Shown: positions 60,025 to 64,000 of the stretch, piece by piece
Layout of the letters: every line of letters starts with the position of its first letter
How positions within the stretch are numbered: position 1 is the stretch's first letter
Assembly: GCA_030834275.1 (NCBI GenBank)
Contig: JAURFP010000002.1
Location: forward strand, 1,036-65,035
Source: Burkholderiales bacterium
GTDB lineage: Bacteria > Pseudomonadota > Gammaproteobacteria > Burkholderiales > Eutrophovitaceae
Direction: 5' to 3'
DNA length: 64,000 nucleotides
The notes under the pieces: model-generated
Told to the model about the DNA's origin: nothing
Database searches by the model: none
Seen by the model: only the letters and a program-made list of their open reading frames with translations
Made by a program: the position numbers and the translations under genes

Positions 60025-60894
60025 ATGTCAAGAAATTTCCCTATCATCTCGATAACTGGTGCCTCAGGCGCTGGGACTACCACGGTCCATAAAGTTATCG
60101 TTGATATCTGCCAGTCGCTAGGGGTCAGGGCGGCATTTGTTGAGGGAGACAGCTTCCATCGTTACGACAGATCCGAAATGGCTGCTCTTATTAAGGAATG
60201 GGAGCGAACGGCAGGAAGAGCTATCAGCCACTTTGGGCCTGAAGCAAATCTCCTCTCAGAACTCGAAGCACTATTCCAGCGATTTGGAAAGTCGGGAAGC
60301 GGCAGGATTCGTCACTATATCCACAACGAAGGGGAAGCCAGCATTCATGGAGGACAGCCAGGAACATTTACAGGCTGGAAAGATATTGAGGCAGGAACAA
60401 AGATGCTGGTGTACGAAGGGTTACACGGTGGCGCGAAAATCGATGATATAGATATCGCGCATCATGTTGATCTTCTGATTGGTGTCACTCCAATCGTCAA
60501 CCTTGAATGGATACAAAAATTGCACCGCGATCAGAATGAACGGGGGCGATCAGTAGAGGATGTGACTGACACGATTCTGCGACGAATGCCCGACTACATC
60601 AAATATATCGTCCCTCAATTCTCACAAACAGACATCAATTTTCAGCGTATCCCGCTCGTAGACACATCGAACCCTTTTGCTGAGCGGGATATTCCCGATC
60701 CGGAGGAAAGTCTAGTGATTATTCGATTTCGAATACCAGATGCATTTGAAATGAGACAACTCCTCGATAGCTTTGAGTTTTCGCGAATTAGTCGCAGCGA
60801 CTCCTTGGTCATTAGAGGGGAAGACCTGCCCTCTGCGATGCGAACTATCCTATCGCCCAGAATTGAAAAGTTGCTGCGCGATAGCGAATCATAG
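60025..60894 (+). CDS. prk: Phosphoribulokinase
   Basis: N-terminal PIISITGASGAGTTTV and VEGDSFHRYDRSEM are colinear with bacterial PRK (E. coli PrkB / CbbP). Confidence 0.85.
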   Translation: MSRNFPIISITGASGAGTTTVHKVIVDICQSLGVRAAFVEGDSFHRYDRSEMAALIKEWERTAGRAISHFGPEANLLSELEALFQRFGKSGSGRIRHYIHNEGEASIHGGQPGTFTGWKDIEAGTKMLVYEGLHGGAKIDDIDIAHHVDLLIGVTPIVNLEWIQKLHRDQNERGRSVEDVTDTILRRMPDYIKYIVPQFSQTDINFQRIPLVDTSNPFAERDIPDPEESLVIIRFRIPDAFEMRQLLDSFEFSRISRSDSLVIRGEDLPSAMRTILSPRIEKLLRDSES

Positions 60895-60936
60895 TATCCA
60901 CCATAGCTCGTCCGAATCAACCAAAAAGAAAACTTG

Positions 60937-63102
60937 ATGAATTCCATTTTAGAAGGCTTAAATAAAGAACAACTCGAAGCAACTACGTTTCCGTCCTCAT
61001 CGTCTCTCATTTTGGCAGGTGCTGGCTCAGGGAAAACCAGGGTTCTAACCACGAGAATTGCGTGGCTAATCCAAACCGGCCAAATAAATCCATTCCAACT
61101 GATGGCGGTCACGTTTACCAATAAGGCTGCCCGGGAAATGCTCGTTCGAATCTCCTCAATGCTTCCGATTAACACGCGTGGCATGTGGGTTGGAACTTTT
61201 CACGGTCTTTGCAACCGGATGCTCCGCTCACACCACCAAGAAGCGAAGTTACCGCAAACTTTTCAGATATTAGATTCTGCTGATCAACTATCAATGATAA
61301 AGCGCGTCATGAAGTCGATTGCAGCCGACGAAAATAAATATCCGTACAGACAAGTTCAGTACTTTATTAACTCCAACAAAGAGGAAGGATTACGTGCCAG
61401 TCAAGTTGACGTAATTGATGAGTTCTCGCGTAATCTCGTTGACATATACGAGCAATACGATCGAGCTTGTCAACGAGAGGGGGTTGTCGACTTCTCTGAA
61501 TTACTGCTTAGATCCTTCGAACTTCTATCTGGTAACGAAAGGCTCTTAGAGCACTACCGAAGCAGATTCAGACACATCTTAGTCGATGAGTTTCAAGACA
61601 CAAACAAGCTTCAGTATGCTTGGCTACGCCTTCTCAAAAGCGTGTCCACTGCCGTCATGGCTGTTGGCGATGATGATCAGTCAATCTATGCATTTCGTGG
61701 TGCGCGAACCGGCAACATGCTCGACTTTGAAAAAGACTTTGGGGTGCAAAAAATCATACGTCTCGAGCAAAACTATCGATCTCACGGAAACATTCTTGAT
61801 GCGGCTAATGCATTGATCAGTAACAATGACGCGCGGCTAGGAAAGAATCTTTGGACTGACGAAGGAAAAGGTGAGCCCATCCGTCTGTATAGTGCCGCCA
61901 CCGACAGTGAAGAGGCGAGTTTTTTATTAGAGGAAGTGCAAACACTCGCGAGAGAAGGCATTGCTCTGAATGAAATTGCATTGCTGTATCGTTCGAATGC
62001 TCAGTCTCGAATATTGGAACATACGCTGTTTAAAGCGGGAATGTCTTATCGAGTTTATGGTGGGTTACGTTTTTTTGAACGACAAGAGGTTAAACACGCA
62101 CTCGCCTATCTTAGGTTGATTGCTAATCCTAACGATGACGGCGCGTTTCTACGAGTTGTTAATTTTCCGACGAGGGGAATTGGAAATCGCACACTGGAGT
62201 CGATACAAGATATATCTAAACAAAGTGGGACCTCACTTTGGCAAGCAACGTGTTCTTTTCCTCCATCGGGAAGAGCAGGAGCCTCTCTGTCGAGCTTCGT
62301 ATCATTAATTGAGAACATAAAACTACAAACTGAGGGCTTCAATCTCCCCGACCTAATTGAGCACGTTATTGAGTCAAGCGGGCTCATTCAGCATTATCAA
62401 AAAGAAAGAGAAGGACAAGACCGAATAGAGAATTTGAAAGAGCTCGTAAATGCTTCTACAACATTTGTGAAAGAAGAGGTCGTAGTCGAAGAAACGAACG
62501 AGGTCGAAGCATCAGAAATGGATCCACTTACAGCGTTTCTTGCACATGCCTCATTAGAGGCAGGAGATAACCAAGCACAAGCGGGCGAAGATGCTCTTCA
62601 ACTCATGACTGTACATTCCGCGAAGGGTCTTGAATTTAACTCCGTGTTTATCAGTGGACTTGAGGAAGGGATTTTCCCCCATGAAAATAGCCTAAACGAG
62701 CAGGGGGGGCTTGAGGAGGAACGTCGGCTGATGTACGTTGCAATGACTCGAGCGCGACGTAGACTTTACCTTTCCTATTCGCAAATTCGTATGCTTCACG
62801 GCCAAACTCGCTATAACGTCGAGTCTCGATTTGTCGAGGAGATTCCAAGCGAAACACTCAAGCGCATCAACTCTAAAGACAAGGAGTCAACGAATACTGT
62901 CATGCCCAGAATTCCTAATCGACGGATGGCAGCGACTATCGGGGGCTTTAGAATCGGCCAGCAAGTATCGCATCCAAAATTTGGTATTGGCGTAATCGTA
63001 CAAGCCGACGGAAATGGTCAAGACGCGATGGTACAGGTTAATTTCAGTCATGAAGGGCTTAAGTGGCTGGCACTAGAGTTTGCAAAACTTAGTGCAGCGT
63101 AA
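60937..63102 (+). CDS. uvrD: DNA helicase II UvrD
   Basis: LNKEQLEA, Walker A AGAGSGKTRVL, ILVDEFQDTN, QNYRS, VHSAKGLEF, YVAMTRAR. The track starts at TTG 60934. ATG 60937 is preferred. Confidence 0.95.
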   Translation: MNSILEGLNKEQLEATTFPSSSSLILAGAGSGKTRVLTTRIAWLIQTGQINPFQLMAVTFTNKAAREMLVRISSMLPINTRGMWVGTFHGLCNRMLRSHHQEAKLPQTFQILDSADQLSMIKRVMKSIAADENKYPYRQVQYFINSNKEEGLRASQVDVIDEFSRNLVDIYEQYDRACQREGVVDFSELLLRSFELLSGNERLLEHYRSRFRHILVDEFQDTNKLQYAWLRLLKSVSTAVMAVGDDDQSIYAFRGARTGNMLDFEKDFGVQKIIRLEQNYRSHGNILDAANALISNNDARLGKNLWTDEGKGEPIRLYSAATDSEEASFLLEEVQTLAREGIALNEIALLYRSNAQSRILEHTLFKAGMSYRVYGGLRFFERQEVKHALAYLRLIANPNDDGAFLRVVNFPTRGIGNRTLESIQDISKQSGTSLWQATCSFPPSGRAGASLSSFVSLIENIKLQTEGFNLPDLIEHVIESSGLIQHYQKEREGQDRIENLKELVNASTTFVKEEVVVEETNEVEASEMDPLTAFLAHASLEAGDNQAQAGEDALQLMTVHSAKGLEFNSVFISGLEEGIFPHENSLNEQGGLEEERRLMYVAMTRARRRLYLSYSQIRMLHGQTRYNVESRFVEEIPSETLKRINSKDKESTNTVMPRIPNRRMAATIGGFRIGQQVSHPKFGIGVIVQADGNGQDAMVQVNFSHEGLKWLALEFAKLSAA

Positions 63103-64000
63103 CTAAGCTGAAAAAACTAGATCTCCGTGCTCCACTCTTTTTCGGTGGCTCATTAAGATTTTTTTAAACTGTAATGGATCGTGTGCGTGGGTCATCTCCC
63201 CTGGTCTAGGAAGATGAAAATCGTACAAACGCGAAACCCAAAACCGAAGCGCACCAGCACGCAACATTCTTGGCCAAACTAATTTCTCATCGTCATTAAA
63301 GTCGCGAATACTTTGATATCCCTCAAGTAACGCCTTCACTCTTTTTTCCTCAAGAGAACCATCTGGCTTTACACACCAGTCATTTGCCGTAATTGCTACG
63401 TCGTAGATCCACAGATCGACACACGCAAAATAAAAATCGATAAACCCGCCAATTCGACCACGATCAAATAACACATTGTCGCGAAACAGGTCCGCGTGAA
63501 TAGGGCCCGTCGGCAGATCTTTGGGTAAAGCTTCAGCCTGGTAATTTATCTCTGACTTTAGTAGGGATTTTTCGTCATCACTTAAAAAAGGATAAATTTC
63601 AGGTGCAACGTTACTCCACCAAGAGTGTCCACGTAAATTCTTGAGCGCCATCGGGTACGATTGGCCTGCTTTGTGTAAGCGGGCTAGATGCTCGCCAACC
63701 TGATATACATGCTGCTCCTTGGGGTTCAGTACTGGCGCTCCCGGTAGCTTGGTCACTATAGCCGCTGGCTTGCCGTTCAATGCGCGAAATAGCTTTCCAT
63801 CAAAACCTTGTATAGGGTTCGGCACTAGGATCCCATGGCTACTTAAATGTGACATGAGTTGGAGATAAAACGGCAGTTCGGCGTCAGTGAGCTTCTCAAA
63901 TAAAGTGAGCACAAAGGTCTCTTGGTCTGTATCCAAGAAATAATTCGTATTCTCAATGCCAGAGAGGATCCCTCGCAGATCGGTCACCCTACCAAGTGAG
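63103..64000 (-). CDS. thrB: Homoserine kinase, type II (APH-fold ThrB); 5' end lies beyond the right edge
   Basis: GIENTNYFL, VLTLFEK and IHADLFRDNVLF motifs. The reading frame stays open to the window end (upstream codons read SLGR...), so the track GTG at 63987 is not the true start. Confidence 0.8.
   Translation of the reverse strand, partial: SLGRVTDLRGILSGIENTNYFLDTDQETFVLTLFEKLTDAELPFYLQLMSHLSSHGILVPNPIQGFDGKLFRALNGKPAAIVTKLPGAPVLNPKEQHVYQVGEHLARLHKAGQSYPMALKNLRGHSWWSNVAPEIYPFLSDDEKSLLKSEINYQAEALPKDLPTGPIHADLFRDNVLFDRGRIGGFIDFYFACVDLWIYDVAITANDWCVKPDGSLEEKRVKALLEGYQSIRDFNDDEKLVWPRMLRAGALRFWVSRLYDFHLPRPGEMTHAHDPLQFKKILMSHRKRVEHGDLVFSA

Noticed and set aside
60642-61184. 180-aa minus-strand ORF spanning the prk 3' end and the uvrD 5' end
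   Set aside because: It is antisense to two strongly supported genes, has no recognisable motifs, and would leave no room for its own signals. Shadow ORF.
62703-62709. G7 homopolymer inside uvrD (codons EQGGLEE), considered as a possible slipped-strand mutator switch
   Set aside because: The tract is short. The reading frame is intact and encodes a conserved helicase region. There is no evidence of phase variation from a single sequence.

Overview
This window reads as a densely packed core-chromosome segment, roughly 95% coding, from a proteobacterium. Gene order points to a Betaproteobacterium, probably a streamlined Burkholderiales-like genome. The supporting synteny is mreBCD-mrdA-rodA divergent from gatCAB, nadD-rsfS-rlmH-maf-rng, DUF971-ubiE-ubiJ-ubiB, aceEF, metXW, and a DUF3683-FAD/Fe-S giant protein. 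This taxonomic placement is inference only. I support 62 protein-coding genes, two of them truncated at the window edges. I found no rRNA, tRNA, CRISPR array, IS element, integrase, prophage or recognisable defence genes. No intergenic gap exceeds about 180 bp. I therefore cannot point to a clear-cut novel system here. The most under-explained items are listed below.

- **Ligase-bracketed importer:** a Liv-type ABC importer is flanked by two different CoA ligases, and its substrate is unknown.
- **Pho-box promoters:** phoB and an OprP-type porin share the same Pho-box promoter architecture. The porin sits next to an arsC-acr3 pair that has no local arsR.
- **Intergenic repeat:** a 22-nt imperfect direct repeat lies in the mreB/gatC divergent intergenic region.
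- **Divergent PanB-like gene:** it sits in a transporter-containing gene string.
- **Possible HemJ partners:** a ferredoxin and a hydrolase are co-oriented just upstream of hemJ.
- **rsfS start codon:** the gene is absent from the ORF track and appears to start at CTG behind a strong Shine-Dalgarno (SD) site.
- **Extreme gene packing:** this includes overlapping divergent start codons and overlapping or abutting convergent 3' ends.

All functional calls come from by-eye motif recognition. No database searches were run.
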